Below, piece by piece: positions 63,270 through 64,000 of a DNA stretch of 64,000 nucleotides. This DNA comes from Botryllus schlosseri (taxonomy: Eukaryota): the NCBI GenBank assembly GCA_051294905.1, contig CM119373.1, positions 932,001-996,000 on the forward strand, given 5' to 3'. Position 1 is the stretch's first letter; the number at the start of each line of letters is the position of its first letter. The translations under genes and the position numbers were made by a program. A model generated the notes under the pieces. It had not been told where the DNA came from. It saw only the letters and a list, made by a program, of their open reading frames with translations, and ran no database searches.

Positions 63270-64000
63270 GATCACACAGAAGAATATATTTTGTTTCTGT
63301 CTCCACGACTTGTAACTTTATTGCCAATCACGTACGGCCCAAAATGCAATATATTTTTCTCCCAATCAGCGAAATACTTATGAATGTCTATCGACTTCCG
63401 AATCAGCTAAATAATCATGAATGTATATCGACTTCCGAATCAGCTAATAATCACCAATGAATGCATCAATGTCTCTACGTGGTATTACACAGGTATATCT
63501 CGAACAGCCACGAGCGATTACATGCACCAAACATCGTACGATTTATTTCGTTATCTACGTTCACACGACAAATTATACGACTCACAAGGTATTATCAGGT
63601 TTCAGTTCAGGGAATTAAGTCCGTTCACAACACTCCCTATTGCTCAAATCTTAAAATGGCTTGAACAATATAGTATGTTAAAAATACCATGCCAGTAGAA
63701 ACTGCTTTCATAATGAAAGATGTCGTGGGACGCAAAATAAGGGTCTGCGGGCCGCATAGGGCTATCCTTTGTGGTTGATCCAGTGGTGGCCTTACGATTA
63801 GGGGGGCCCTAGGCGAAACTTCCGGGCCCCCCCCCTTATCTACATTATCGCAACTTCTGGGGGGCTACGCCCCCCAGACCCCCCTTACTAACGCTGAACG
63901 AAGCTTTTATTGTTGTACACCTCGTATGCACTGTTCCGGTAGTACATTGTCTGTACATCATGATAAAACTGTAACCATATTAAATAATTATAATGCCATG

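Noticed and set aside
62034..64000. 5' LTR and PBS of the Gypsy element
   Set aside because: No TG..CA repeat pair or PBS identified; probably deleted or outside the window.

Overview
Eukaryotic genomic DNA, AT-rich, with GT-AG introns, most likely from an invertebrate animal; the species cannot be determined from the sequence. One clear host gene is present: a 6-coding-exon bifunctional coenzyme A synthase (COASY-like, + strand, 24956..36299, about 574 aa by my exon assembly). Nearly everything else is densely nested, mostly decayed transposons: PIF/Harbinger, ISL2EU-like, P-element (THAP9-like), several hAT families with clean 8-bp target-site duplications (TSDs), Sola2-like, a Tc/mariner MITE, CR1/L2, RTE and R2-like LINE 3' ends, and a Gypsy remnant. 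The most unusual items are: (1) a young non-autonomous LTR element whose only content is an intact 398-aa ORF built from ~48-aa repeats; (2) a 6-bp-TSD element family with CGGTTGCC ends that carries telomere-like repeats, one copy expanded into a ~1-kb minisatellite; (3) a 36-bp perfect palindrome with a 7-bp TSD that looks like a P-element excision scar; (4) a ~4-kb segment downstream of the Gypsy pol remnant containing C2H2 zinc fingers, an orphan ORF, a duplicated 40-bp leader and tRNA-like modules; (5) an R2-like fragment outside rDNA. Family assignments come from motif recognition by eye; no database searches were run.
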